Shown: positions 20,385 to 29,842 of the stretch, piece after piece
Position numbering within the stretch: position 1 is the first letter of the stretch
Layout of the letters: each line of letters begins with the position of its first letter
From: an uncultured Candidatus Entotheonella sp.
GTDB lineage: Bacteria > Tectomicrobia > Entotheonellia > Entotheonellales > Entotheonellaceae
NCBI GenBank assembly: GCA_965215335.1
Contig: CBDCDA010000002.1
Coordinates: 64,001 to 128,000, forward strand
Direction of reading: 5' to 3'
DNA length: 64,000 nt
The notes under the pieces: model-generated
Database searches by the model: none
The model's input: only the letters and a program-made list of their open reading frames with translations
What the model was told of the DNA's origin: nothing
Translations under genes and position numbers: made by a program

Positions 20385-22202
20385 GTGGCGTACGAGCCGG
20401 ACGCCGGCCTGCTTCGGGTCTCCATGATGCGTGGCTTCACTCGTCTCTGTGTTCTCTACGCCGATTTCCCCCTTCGTCTGGCCGGGGCGCTGGCCTGCAC
20501 GCTGGCGGCGGTGCTGCTGCACCTCGCCGTTCCTCTGATCCTCAAGAACGTTCTCGATGACGGACTGGACCCGGACAACCCCGGCTTCGTGTACGTGGCT
20601 GGCGCGTTGCTGGTCGGCGCGACTGTGGTACGCGGCGCCGCGGTATACGGGCAGAACTACCTGGCAGCGTTCCTGGCTCAGCGCCTCGCCTACCGGCTGC
20701 GCAACCTGTTGTACGACAAATTGCAACGGTTGAGCTTTGCCTATCACGACCGGGCACGGACGGGCGATCTGATGTCGCGTGCCGCGGCGGACGTCGAGGC
20801 GGTGCGTCACTTCTTCCATTTCGGCTTCCCGACGGTCTTCAGCGTCCTGTTGACCGGCGTGGGAACGACGGCGGCGCTGGTCTGGCTCGATTGGCGCCTG
20901 GCGGTATTGGCCATCGGTGGCTTTGTGGTGATTCTGGCCGTGTCGGTCACCGTGGGCCGCTGGTTACGGCCGTTGCAGGAGATCGTGCAGGCACACACGG
21001 CCCGGCTGTCGGTGGCCTGGCAGGAGAGCCTGACGGGAATCCGGGTAGTCAAGGCGTTCGGACACGAACGGGCGCAGGCGGCATCCTTTTCGGAGGTGGC
21101 CGGCCAACTGTACAAGTCTCAGATGCGGGTGACGCACGCCCAGGCGCTCAGCTTGCCACTGCTGACACTTCTCCTGGCTGCGGGGCTGGCGCTGACGCTG
21201 TACGTCGGCGGTCGGGAGGTCATCCTGGGCGGCATGAGTCTCGGCGCCCTGGTGGCGGCCACCGGTTATCTGGTGCAATTGGCCCATCCGATACGGCGCC
21301 TGAGCTGGCTCGCCGGCATGGCGTCGCGTTGTCAGGCCGGCGGCCGGCGGCTGTTCGAGGTGCTGGACGCCGTTTCCGAGGTACGCGAATCCCCACGGGC
21401 ACGGCCCCTGCCGCAGGTGCACGGGACGTTGCGCTTCGAGCGCGTCAGCTTTTGCCACGACCGTCATCTGCCGGTCCTGCATGACATCAGCTTCACCGTC
21501 GAGCCGGGGCAAACGGTGGCGCTGCTGGGCGGCACCGGTAGCGGCAAAAGCACCCTGGCGCAACTGATCCCGCGTTTTTATGACCCGACCGGCGGCGGCA
21601 TCAGCCTGGACGGCATCGACCTCCGGGACCTGCAACTGGGCGCTCTGCGGCAGCACATCGGCATCGTCATGCAGGACACCTGGCTGTTCTCCAACACCAT
21701 CCGCGACAACATCGCCTACGGACGCCCCGGCATCGGCCTCGAGGCCGTCGTGGCGGCGGCCAAGGTGGCGCACGCCCACGACTTCATCATGCAATTCCCG
21801 CACGGCTACGATACCTGGGTCGGCGAGCGTGGCATGACGCTGTCGGGCGGCCAACGGCAGCGCATCGCCATCGCCCGCGTCTTTGTGCGCGACCCACGAT
21901 TGCTGATCCTCGACGACGCCACATCGAGCGTGGACGTGGAAACGGAATTCCTCATCCAGCGCGCGCTGCGGGCGCTGATGGTGGGGCGAACGACTTTGAT
22001 GATCGCCCACCGCCTGCACACCCTGCGGCACGCCGACCTGATTCTGGTGCTGTCCGGTGGGCGCATCGCACAGCGTGGCACGCACGACGAATTGCTGGAT
22101 GAGCCGGGGATCTACCAGACCGTGTACAAACAACAGTCGCGCGACCCGGAAGAACGGCCTGCGACCCTCTCGCCCGTTTCCACCGCGCGGTCGCACGCAT
22201 GA
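20385..22202 (+). CDS. Heterodimeric ABC exporter, subunit 1 (TMD+NBD, degenerate Walker B)
   Basis: GGTGSGKS, LSGGQRQR, ILDDATS (Asp replaces the catalytic Glu); start uncertain, 20385 or 20424. Confidence 0.92.
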   Translation: MAYEPDAGLLRVSMMRGFTRLCVLYADFPLRLAGALACTLAAVLLHLAVPLILKNVLDDGLDPDNPGFVYVAGALLVGATVVRGAAVYGQNYLAAFLAQRLAYRLRNLLYDKLQRLSFAYHDRARTGDLMSRAAADVEAVRHFFHFGFPTVFSVLLTGVGTTAALVWLDWRLAVLAIGGFVVILAVSVTVGRWLRPLQEIVQAHTARLSVAWQESLTGIRVVKAFGHERAQAASFSEVAGQLYKSQMRVTHAQALSLPLLTLLLAAGLALTLYVGGREVILGGMSLGALVAATGYLVQLAHPIRRLSWLAGMASRCQAGGRRLFEVLDAVSEVRESPRARPLPQVHGTLRFERVSFCHDRHLPVLHDISFTVEPGQTVALLGGTGSGKSTLAQLIPRFYDPTGGGISLDGIDLRDLQLGALRQHIGIVMQDTWLFSNTIRDNIAYGRPGIGLEAVVAAAKVAHAHDFIMQFPHGYDTWVGERGMTLSGGQRQRIAIARVFVRDPRLLILDDATSSVDVETEFLIQRALRALMVGRTTLMIAHRLHTLRHADLILVLSGGRIAQRGTHDELLDEPGIYQTVYKQQSRDPEERPATLSPVSTARSHA

Positions 22203-24058
22203 AGGTTTCAATCCCACGCAACCAGGGCGCGGCGCCGACCAACGGCCACCGCGAGGGCCGGCATGGCGAGGAAAAGCGCTTTGGCAAGGCGTACGACGCC
22301 CGTGTCATGCGTCGCCTGTGGCCGTTCGCCGCGCCGCACGCGACAGCCCTGGTTGCCGCGGCGGTCTGCATGGTCGGGGTCGCCGCCAGTCAGTTGCTCC
22401 GTCCCTACCTCATCAAGCTCGCCCTCGACGGTCCCATCGCGCAAGGCGACTTGCGCGCCCTCACCATCATCGTGATGTTCAGCCTCGGCAACACGCTGGC
22501 CGGCTGGGGCCTGCAATACGGGCAGACCCTGCTGCTCATGCGTGCGGCGCAGCGCGTTTTGCTGAACTTGCGGCAGACGCTGTTCCGACATCTCATGCGC
22601 CTCGACGTGGCGTTTCACGACCGCCAATCCGTGGGCCGCCTGATGTCGCGCGTGCAAAACGACGTGGGCACCCTTCAGGATCTCTTTACCAGTGGCATTC
22701 TGAGCATCCTCAGCGATGCGCTGACCCTCGTGGGTATCCTCATCGTCCTGTTCGCCATGCACCCCTACCTGGCGCTGCTGACCAGCGTGGTGGTCCCCCT
22801 GGTGCTGCTGGTCACCGCGTATTGGCGCACCCATTCGCGGCGCGCCTTTCAGGCCGTGCGGCGGGCGCTGGCGCGCGTCAACGCCAGCCTGCAGGAAAAC
22901 ATCTCCAGCGTGCGCGTCATCCAGAGCCTGTGCAGCGAGGACGCCAACCTGCGGCGCTTCGAGCGCCTGAACGCCGACCATCTGGAGGCGACGCTGAAGG
23001 CCGCGCACCTGTCCGCCCTGTTTTTCCCGACCGTCGAAATGATGACCGCCCTGGCCATCGCCGTGGTCGTCGTCTGCGGCGCGCCGCTGGTGATGGGCGG
23101 CGGTCTCAGCGCCGGCACCCTGGTCGCCTTCGTGCTTTACATGTATCGCTTTTTCGAGCCGTTGCGGGATCTCAGCTTTCGCTGGAACTCGCTGCAAATG
23201 GCCATGGCATCGGGGGAACGCATTTTCGAGGTGCTGGAGACACCGCGCCACGTCGTCGAGGACGCGGCGCCGGTACGGCTGCCGCGTTTGCGGGGAGAGG
23301 TGGCGTTTCGCCGCGTGTCGTTCCACTACCAGCCCGGCGTGCCGGTTCTGGAAGACTTCTCGCTGGAGGTGCCGGCGGGCCAGCGTCTGGCCATCGTCGG
23401 GCATACGGGGGCAGGCAAGACGACGCTGATCAACCTGCTGACGCGGTTTTACGACGTGACCGAGGGCGCCATTCTCATCGACGGCATCGATTTGCGGCGG
23501 CTGTCGCAGGTCGATTTGCGGCGTCAGGTGGCTATCGTCCTGCAAGAGCCCTTTCTGTTCAGCGGCACGGTGCGCGACAACCTGCGCTACGCCGACCCCG
23601 ATGCCAGCGACGCCGCAGTGGAGGCAGCGGCCCGCGCGCTCGGCGTGCACGACAGCATCCTGCGGCTCGAACATGGCTATGATACCGAGGTGCGCGAGCG
23701 CGGCAGCCTGCTGAGCCACGGCCAGCGGCAGCTTGTGAGCTTCTTGCGCGCCCTGCTGGCCGACCCTCGTATCCTCATCCTCGACGAGGCCACCGCCAGC
23801 ATCGACGTCGAAGCCGAACGGTTGGTGCAGGCGGGCCTCAAGACGCTGCTGCGCGGGCGCACCACGTTCATCATTGCCCACCGCCTGTCGACCGTGAAGC
23901 AGGCGGACCGCATTATCCTCCTGGAGAGCGGGCGCCTGATGGAAAGCGGCACGCACGAGGACCTGATCCGGCGCCACGGGCCATACGCGCGCTTGTACGA
24001 CATGGCGTACGCCAGTCTGACAGCGGGGTTTGATGGGAGACAAGGCGTGGGCGAGTGA
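22199..24058 (+). CDS. Heterodimeric ABC exporter, subunit 2 (TMD+NBD)
   Basis: GHTGAGKT, degenerate signature LSHGQRQ, ILDEAT and IAHRLST; ATGA overlap with subunit 1. Confidence 0.93.
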   Translation: MKVSIPRNQGAAPTNGHREGRHGEEKRFGKAYDARVMRRLWPFAAPHATALVAAAVCMVGVAASQLLRPYLIKLALDGPIAQGDLRALTIIVMFSLGNTLAGWGLQYGQTLLLMRAAQRVLLNLRQTLFRHLMRLDVAFHDRQSVGRLMSRVQNDVGTLQDLFTSGILSILSDALTLVGILIVLFAMHPYLALLTSVVVPLVLLVTAYWRTHSRRAFQAVRRALARVNASLQENISSVRVIQSLCSEDANLRRFERLNADHLEATLKAAHLSALFFPTVEMMTALAIAVVVVCGAPLVMGGGLSAGTLVAFVLYMYRFFEPLRDLSFRWNSLQMAMASGERIFEVLETPRHVVEDAAPVRLPRLRGEVAFRRVSFHYQPGVPVLEDFSLEVPAGQRLAIVGHTGAGKTTLINLLTRFYDVTEGAILIDGIDLRRLSQVDLRRQVAIVLQEPFLFSGTVRDNLRYADPDASDAAVEAAARALGVHDSILRLEHGYDTEVRERGSLLSHGQRQLVSFLRALLADPRILILDEATASIDVEAERLVQAGLKTLLRGRTTFIIAHRLSTVKQADRIILLESGRLMESGTHEDLIRRHGPYARLYDMAYASLTAGFDGRQGVGE

Positions 24059-24062
24059 TAGT

Positions 24063-26669
24063 TTACCCATTTTGCGCGCGCAGGATGGTGCGCAGCGAGC
24101 GCGACGGCTGCAAGTAGGTCCGGGCCGCGTCCCGAATGTCGGTCAGGCTGACCTGCTGCACCGCCTCCAGGTACGTCCGGTAGGCGTTCCACTGGCCTTG
24201 GTGGAGCATGCCGAGGCCGAAGATACTGGTGCGCTGGCTGGTGCTTTGCAGGCTGATGTCGAGGGTGCCGGCGATGTAGGTCTTGGCGCGCTCCAACTCC
24301 TCGGACGTGACCCCGTCGCTGTGAATCGCATGCACCACGCGCTCGAATTCGCCGAGTGCCTCGCCTTCCTTCTCGGGCGTGCAGCCGATGTAGAAAGCCA
24401 GGTAGCCGGGATCGACCGGATAGGCGTCGAAGCTGGTCACCGCGTAGGCTAGGCCGCGCTTGTCCCTCAATTCCACGAACAGGCGCCCGCCCATGCCGCC
24501 GAGGATGGTGTCGAGCACGTGCAGCGTGTAGCGGTCGGGGTCGCGGCCCGTGACGGCGGGAAAACCCCAGATGATATGCGTCTGCTGGCCTTCCACGTCA
24601 ATGACCTCGGTCGCCGCCGCGCTCCACGTCGGCGTCCCCGGCACCGTGGGCGCCACGGCCGCGACGGGCTCGGAAAGCGACGCCGGCGCTAACTGATGCC
24701 AGCGCGACAGCACCGCTTCGGCGGTGATGTCGCCAACAACGACGTACACCGTGTCCTGCGGACGCAGCAGGCTTTGGTGGAACACGGCCAGGTCGTCGCG
24801 CGAGACTGTGGACAGGCCCTCGGGCGTGCCGATGGACAGGTGATTGTACGGATGGGAGCCGTAGAACTTGCGCAGAAACTGCTGCATCGCGTACTGGAAG
24901 CGGTTTTCCTTTAGGGTGTCGAGTTCACGCAATTGATCGGCCTGCTCGCGCGCCACTTCGACGTCTGGAAAGCTGGGCTCGGTGAGCAGGTCGAGGTAAA
25001 GCTCCAGCCCGTCCGCGAAGGTATCGCGCAGAAAACGGGCGGCAAGCTGGGCGGTATCGCGATCGCTCGAGGCGCCCAGGGTAGCGCCGAGGCGGTCGAG
25101 TTCGCGTTCGATCTCGGAGGCGCTTCGCATGCTGGTGCCGCGGTCCCAGGTGGCGCTGAGGAGGCAGGCGATGCCCTCCTTGCCCGGCGGGGCGCTGCGC
25201 TGCCCGCCGGCGAGCAGGGTGCGGATGGTGACGAGCGGCGCTTTGCGGTCGGTCTGCACGATCAGCGTGCTGCCGCCCGGCAGCGACACGACGGAGGTGT
25301 TGTCCGTGCTGCGCGGCGCCGCCGGCGCCCGCGGTGCGTCGTCCTGTCGGGTCCAGGTGAGCATGGTTTCGCGGCTCGGCAGGTCGGCGTCCGAGGGCAT
25401 GAGCAGGGCGATGTTGGCGCGCTGCGGATCGAGAAACGTCGTCGCTGCCCGTTGCAGGTCGTCGTGGCTCAGCGATTCGATAGCGGTCACGTAGTGCGCG
25501 CCGTAGTTTGGGTCGCCGTACACCAGCATGTGGCTCCCCAACTGGCTGGCGATGCCCTGGTACGTTTCGCGGGCATGCACGAAATGGCTGACGATGCGCG
25601 TTTTCGCCGCCGCCAGGTCGTGCTCGGAAATGGACAACGCGGGTTGGCGCACGGGCTGCATCAGCCCGTGCGCCACCTCGGCCACGTCGTCGGTCATGCA
25701 GGTGGCACCGAGCAGGAAGACGCCGCGGTCGCACGGCGTGTAGTTGTAGGCATACACGTCGTGGGCCAGTTGGCGGCGGCGCTTGAGGGTGGTGTAGAGG
25801 GTGGAATTGTAGCCCGAGCCCAGCAGGTCGCTGAGCAGATCGAGCGCCGGGACTTGCGGGTCGGTAGCCTCGACCGACGGCATGGCGATTTCGACGCGCG
25901 CCAGCTCGGCCCGAAAGGGGAAGGCCAGCACGCGCGGCTGCGCCTGGGCGGGCTCGTCGGCGCGCGGCCTGGTGGGCAGCGCCGCGGCCGGCACGGCGCC
26001 GAAGCGATCCTCGACGGTGCGCCGCATGGTGTCGGAATCGAAGTCGCCGACGGCCACGAAGATCATGTTGTTGGGCACGTACCAGGTGTTGAACACGCGC
26101 AGCATGTCGTCGCGCTGGATGGGCCGTACGGTTTCCTCGAAACCGATGATCGGGCGGCGGTAGGGGTGCGTCGTGAAGGTGAGGTCGAACAGGCGCTCGG
26201 CGATTTCGTGATCCGGGTTGTCCTTGCTGCGGCGGAATTCTTCGAGCACCACTTCCTTTTCGCGTTCCAGCTCGGTGGGATCGAAAAAGGAGTGTAGAAC
26301 GGCGTCGCTCAGCACGTCGAAGCCGATTTCCCAGAAACGGCTGGACAGGGTGACGTGGTAGACCGTTTCATCGTAATTCGTCCAGGCATTCACCGTGCCG
26401 CCGGCACCCTCGATGAGGGCGGCGATTTCCCCGTTCGGAAAGCGCTCCGTGCCCTTGAACAGCATGTGCTCGAAGACGTGCGCAATGCCCGCCACGACCG
26501 GATCCTCGTCGGCGCTGCCGAACCGCACCCACGTTTGCAGGGCGACGACGGGTGCGCTGTGATCTTCAAGCAGCACCACTTGCAGGCCATTATCGAGGGT
26601 ATGCACGCTGGCCCTGGGGTCGTGGTCGAGGTCGCCGTTCGTCACGGGGCGGCGGATTGCGGATTGCAT
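24063..26669 (-). CDS. M16 (insulinase-family) zinc peptidase with fused active and inactive halves
   Basis: GIAHVFEHMLFKGT (HxxEH), NAWT, EKEVVLEE, and a second-half RLFVELRDKRGLAY motif. Confidence 0.94.
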   Translation of the reverse strand: MQSAIRRPVTNGDLDHDPRASVHTLDNGLQVVLLEDHSAPVVALQTWVRFGSADEDPVVAGIAHVFEHMLFKGTERFPNGEIAALIEGAGGTVNAWTNYDETVYHVTLSSRFWEIGFDVLSDAVLHSFFDPTELEREKEVVLEEFRRSKDNPDHEIAERLFDLTFTTHPYRRPIIGFEETVRPIQRDDMLRVFNTWYVPNNMIFVAVGDFDSDTMRRTVEDRFGAVPAAALPTRPRADEPAQAQPRVLAFPFRAELARVEIAMPSVEATDPQVPALDLLSDLLGSGYNSTLYTTLKRRRQLAHDVYAYNYTPCDRGVFLLGATCMTDDVAEVAHGLMQPVRQPALSISEHDLAAAKTRIVSHFVHARETYQGIASQLGSHMLVYGDPNYGAHYVTAIESLSHDDLQRAATTFLDPQRANIALLMPSDADLPSRETMLTWTRQDDAPRAPAAPRSTDNTSVVSLPGGSTLIVQTDRKAPLVTIRTLLAGGQRSAPPGKEGIACLLSATWDRGTSMRSASEIERELDRLGATLGASSDRDTAQLAARFLRDTFADGLELYLDLLTEPSFPDVEVAREQADQLRELDTLKENRFQYAMQQFLRKFYGSHPYNHLSIGTPEGLSTVSRDDLAVFHQSLLRPQDTVYVVVGDITAEAVLSRWHQLAPASLSEPVAAVAPTVPGTPTWSAAATEVIDVEGQQTHIIWGFPAVTGRDPDRYTLHVLDTILGGMGGRLFVELRDKRGLAYAVTSFDAYPVDPGYLAFYIGCTPEKEGEALGEFERVVHAIHSDGVTSEELERAKTYIAGTLDISLQSTSQRTSIFGLGMLHQGQWNAYRTYLEAVQQVSLTDIRDAARTYLQPSRSLRTILRAQNG

Positions 26670-26923
26670 GTGTGGGGGTCCTCCTTCAGAGCTTGCCAGC
26701 CGGAAGCTGCTGCGATGGTTGCCTGACGCCGGGTTCTTCGCCTGCGGAATCCCTGAACGATACCTTACTTCGGCGCCGGATACCATAACGCATCAAGTGC
26801 TCTTCATTCATCCCGGAAAGGGCCGCGGCGGCGATTCTTTGCTGCTGGATGCGGCAGACATTGCGTAGTATAGTCGCCCGCGTTCCGGGCACTGTAACCG
26901 CCACATCACGGGAGAGAAAGGGC

Positions 26924-27718
26924 ATGAGCGAAGTCGGGAAGCTACTGATGGAAAAGGACGGGCCGATTGGCTGGGTCATTTTCAACCAGCCGGAAAAACG
27001 CAACGCCGTGAGCCAGGAAATGTGGGCGTTGATGCCGGATTACGTGAAGTCCTTGGCAGAAGACGACGCCATCCGGGTGGTGATCCTGCGCGGTGCCGGT
27101 GAGCAGGCGTTCGTCGCCGGGGCCGATATTTCGCAGTTCAAGGAGCGGCGGCGCAACATGGCCGACGAGGAAGCCTACGGGCGCATCTCGGCACGCGGCC
27201 AGGAAAGCCTGAAATCGCTCGACAAGCCGCTGCTGGCCATGATTCACGGCTATTGCATCGGCGGCGGCGTCAGCATCGCCATCGGCTGCGACATGCGCAT
27301 CGCCTCGGACGAAGCCCGCTTCGGCATTCCCGCCGCCCGCCTGGGGCTGGGCTACCATTACAACGGCATGGAGCGGCTCATGAAGCTCATCGGGCCAGCC
27401 TACACCAAGGAAATCTTCTTCACCGCGCGCACGGATTTCAGCGCCCAGGACGCCTTGCGCATGGGGCTGGTCAACCAGGTCGTCCCCAAGGCCGAGCTGG
27501 AATCGTTCACCTGCGACTACGCCCTTGCCATGGCCCGCAACGCCCCACTCACCCTGCGCTCCGCCAAGGCCAGCGTGGATCAATTGCTGCAGCCGCCCGG
27601 GAAGCGTGACCTGGCCGCCCTCGACGTGCTCATCGCCGACTGCTTCAACAGCCAGGATTACCAGGAAGGCGTGCAGGCATTCACCGAGAAGCGCCGCCCG
27701 CAGTTCCAGGGGCGCTGA
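26924..27718 (+). CDS. Enoyl-CoA hydratase/isomerase family protein
   Basis: NQPEKRNA, AFVAGADISQF, GYCIGGG, FGIPAARLG and DYQEGVQAFTEKRRPQF motifs. Confidence 0.94.
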   Translation: MSEVGKLLMEKDGPIGWVIFNQPEKRNAVSQEMWALMPDYVKSLAEDDAIRVVILRGAGEQAFVAGADISQFKERRRNMADEEAYGRISARGQESLKSLDKPLLAMIHGYCIGGGVSIAIGCDMRIASDEARFGIPAARLGLGYHYNGMERLMKLIGPAYTKEIFFTARTDFSAQDALRMGLVNQVVPKAELESFTCDYALAMARNAPLTLRSAKASVDQLLQPPGKRDLAALDVLIADCFNSQDYQEGVQAFTEKRRPQFQGR

Positions 27719-27768
27719 GGCGTCTCGGGGTTGAGCGATTTCCCGCCAAGGGCGGGAGGGAGCCTGTC

Positions 27769-28641
27769 ATGTACAGAAAAGCGCTGGTGGCCATCGGGGG
27801 AAGCCCGTGGTCTGACGCGGCACTGAGCTACGCCATCGCCCTGGTTGCCGCTACCGGCGCCGACCTGACGATTCTCACCGTGCTGGCCAGTCCGGTGGCC
27901 TATACCATGCCCGACGTGATGTCGTCCTCCGAGTTGCTGATGGAAAGCATCGAGCGGCAGGGGCACGAATTGATCGCCCAGGCCGGCGCAAGGGCCGAAG
28001 CCGCCGGGGTGTCCTACAGTGCCGTCGCCAAGTGGGGCAGCGTGCCGGAAACCATTCTGCAGACGGCCCGGGAGGAGCGGTGCGACCTCATCATCCTCGG
28101 GTCGCGCGTCATCACCGGCTGGAAACGCCTCATGATCGGGCGCACCCTGAACGCCGTCACCGCCCGCTGCGAACAGCCCCTGCTGGTCATCAAGCACCCC
28201 CCCGCCGTGGAGCTCGGCCAGCCCACGTGGCGCCGCCTCCTGGTGGCCACCGGCGGCTCGCCGTGGTCGGACATGGCGGTGGACCACGCCCTCGAACTGG
28301 CGCAGGAAAATGGGCTGGAGGTCTGCCTTCTGTGCGTCGACGTCAACCGCGCTGCCGCCTCCCAGGGCGCCTTAGACGACAATTCCGCCGCCAAGGACAT
28401 CCTCGCCAACGCCGAGGCGCGCGCTGCCGCCGCGGGCGTCACGTACGAAGCCCACCTGGCCTACGGCGATGTCACCGGAGCCGTCCTGGAGACCGCCAGC
28501 CGCCGCCAGTGCGACGCCATCGTCATGGGATCGCGCGGCATGACCGGCTTGAAGCGCCTGATGATCGGCAGCATCTCCAACGCCGTGGCGGCCAAATCCC
28601 TCCTCCCGGTGATGATCGTCAAACGCTTCCTGGTGGCCTGA
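27769..28641 (+). CDS. Tandem-domain universal stress protein
   Basis: Two Usp repeats (LVAxGGSPWSD ... DxIxxGSR ... RLMIG). Confidence 0.93.
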   Translation: MYRKALVAIGGSPWSDAALSYAIALVAATGADLTILTVLASPVAYTMPDVMSSSELLMESIERQGHELIAQAGARAEAAGVSYSAVAKWGSVPETILQTAREERCDLIILGSRVITGWKRLMIGRTLNAVTARCEQPLLVIKHPPAVELGQPTWRRLLVATGGSPWSDMAVDHALELAQENGLEVCLLCVDVNRAAASQGALDDNSAAKDILANAEARAAAAGVTYEAHLAYGDVTGAVLETASRRQCDAIVMGSRGMTGLKRLMIGSISNAVAAKSLLPVMIVKRFLVA

Positions 28642-28903
28642 CTTTCGGTCCAGTCAACAGCAACGGCCAAGCGGAGGCGAGAAGTCGCCGGGTGGCGGAT
28701 GACGTTCGTCGCCTGAAAGAAGACAGCGACCGGTTGAGGGATGATAACGCCAGACTTCGTGACCGGAGGTGGTATCAATGAGCGAGGTTCGCCCCCTAGC
28801 GCCACGATGCCAAGCCCGGCAAGCGGGGCCTCCCATAGTTTCAACCGGTAGCCGTTTCGATGGAACGGCGTGTTATCTCAAGACACAACAGGTCCTGCAT
28901 GAC

Positions 28904-29254
28904 TTACGTCTTGCCGCGCTGTTCGCCTGCTATCAGCCCCTCGGCTCGGCCGTCTGTCTCCCGCTTCGCTTCCATGTAGCTGCGCAGCACGGCATTGATG
29001 CGCGTCTGATAACCTCGCCCCTGGGACTTGAAGAAATCCAGCACGTCCCTGTCGATGCGCACCGAGATGGCCTGCTTGGACGGCGGCATCACGACCCTGG
29101 CCTGCGACCAGTCGAACTCGCCTTCGTCCGGGTCCACCTCCGGCTCTATGCCCGCGGCATCTTGCTGTCGGAGCCACTCCCAATCGGTCTTGCCCTTACC
29201 TTTACGGCGATTCGCCTCTGCTAACGACATACGCGTGACAGTCTCGTCGCTCAC
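28904..29254 (-). CDS. brnA: BrnA-family antitoxin
   Basis: KQAISVRIDRDVLDFFKSQGRGYQTRINAVLRSY ribbon-helix-helix C-terminus. Confidence 0.93.
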   Translation of the reverse strand: MSDETVTRMSLAEANRRKGKGKTDWEWLRQQDAAGIEPEVDPDEGEFDWSQARVVMPPSKQAISVRIDRDVLDFFKSQGRGYQTRINAVLRSYMEAKRETDGRAEGLIAGEQRGKT

Positions 29255-29486
29255 GTTTTCGTGCCCTTCTCGCGGTAATAATCCTGCAACGGCCGTTCCG
29301 CATCGTGTAAACCACGGCGATCTCCCTGCCGTCTACGATACCGACCGCGACCCACCGCGTTTCCTCTGTGCGTCGCGACGGTGTTTCCAGAACCGGACCA
29401 TTGAAAATCCGGATGGCGTCTTCAAAATCGATGCGGTGCTGCGCCAGCACCGTGTGCCGCTTGCCCTCGTACCACTCGAAGGTCAC
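29202..29486 (-). CDS. brnT: BrnT-family ribonuclease toxin
   Basis: FEWYEGK...HRIDFEDA...ETRWVAVG...VVYTMR...RIITARRARKRER; overlaps brnA; GTG start at 29486. Confidence 0.9.
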   Translation of the reverse strand: MTFEWYEGKRHTVLAQHRIDFEDAIRIFNGPVLETPSRRTEETRWVAVGIVDGREIAVVYTMRNGRCRIITARRARKRERRDCHAYVVSRGESP

Positions 29487-29785
29487 GAGGCCTTCACTCC
29501 GGCCAACGGGCATTCGAGCGTCCCCTTAATCCCGCCTACGTGGACGTCATGCGAACACAACATCTTGCACATCGATGTAAATCGTACTGTAGATACATCA
29601 AGTCAACGCCGTCAAGCGAACCTTAGCTCCGCCAGCCTCGAGGATGCCGGAGGCCAGCCCGCATGCGCTTGCCTCGCCGCTTCGTCAGTTGCAATTTGGC
29701 CCGCCATGCGGCAGACTATTTCCTCATTGTTCCCTGCTGGCTCGGTCGAAATATGTTGACCCTCGCAAACCGGGAGGTCTCACTT

Positions 29786-29822
29786 CCCCCTCGCCCCAAC
29801 CCTCTCCCTCCAGGGGAGAGGG
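29786..29822. repeat. REP-like palindrome CCCTCTCCC-n5-GGGAGAGGG
   Basis: Perfect 9-bp inverted repeat (29800-29808 and 29814-29822) preceded by CCCCTCGCCCCAA. Confidence 0.65.
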
Positions 29823-29842
29823 AGCCGATGATGAAATAGAGA

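Noticed and set aside
20385..24058. Degenerate ATPase motifs (LDD, LSHGQ) as signs of pseudogenisation
   Set aside because: This is the normal asymmetric pattern of heterodimeric ABC exporters.
28690..28781. Short coiled-coil-like peptide VADDVRRLKEDSDRLRDDNARLRDRRWYQ, possibly a transposase relic
   Set aside because: Too short to assign, with no terminal repeats or catalytic motifs.
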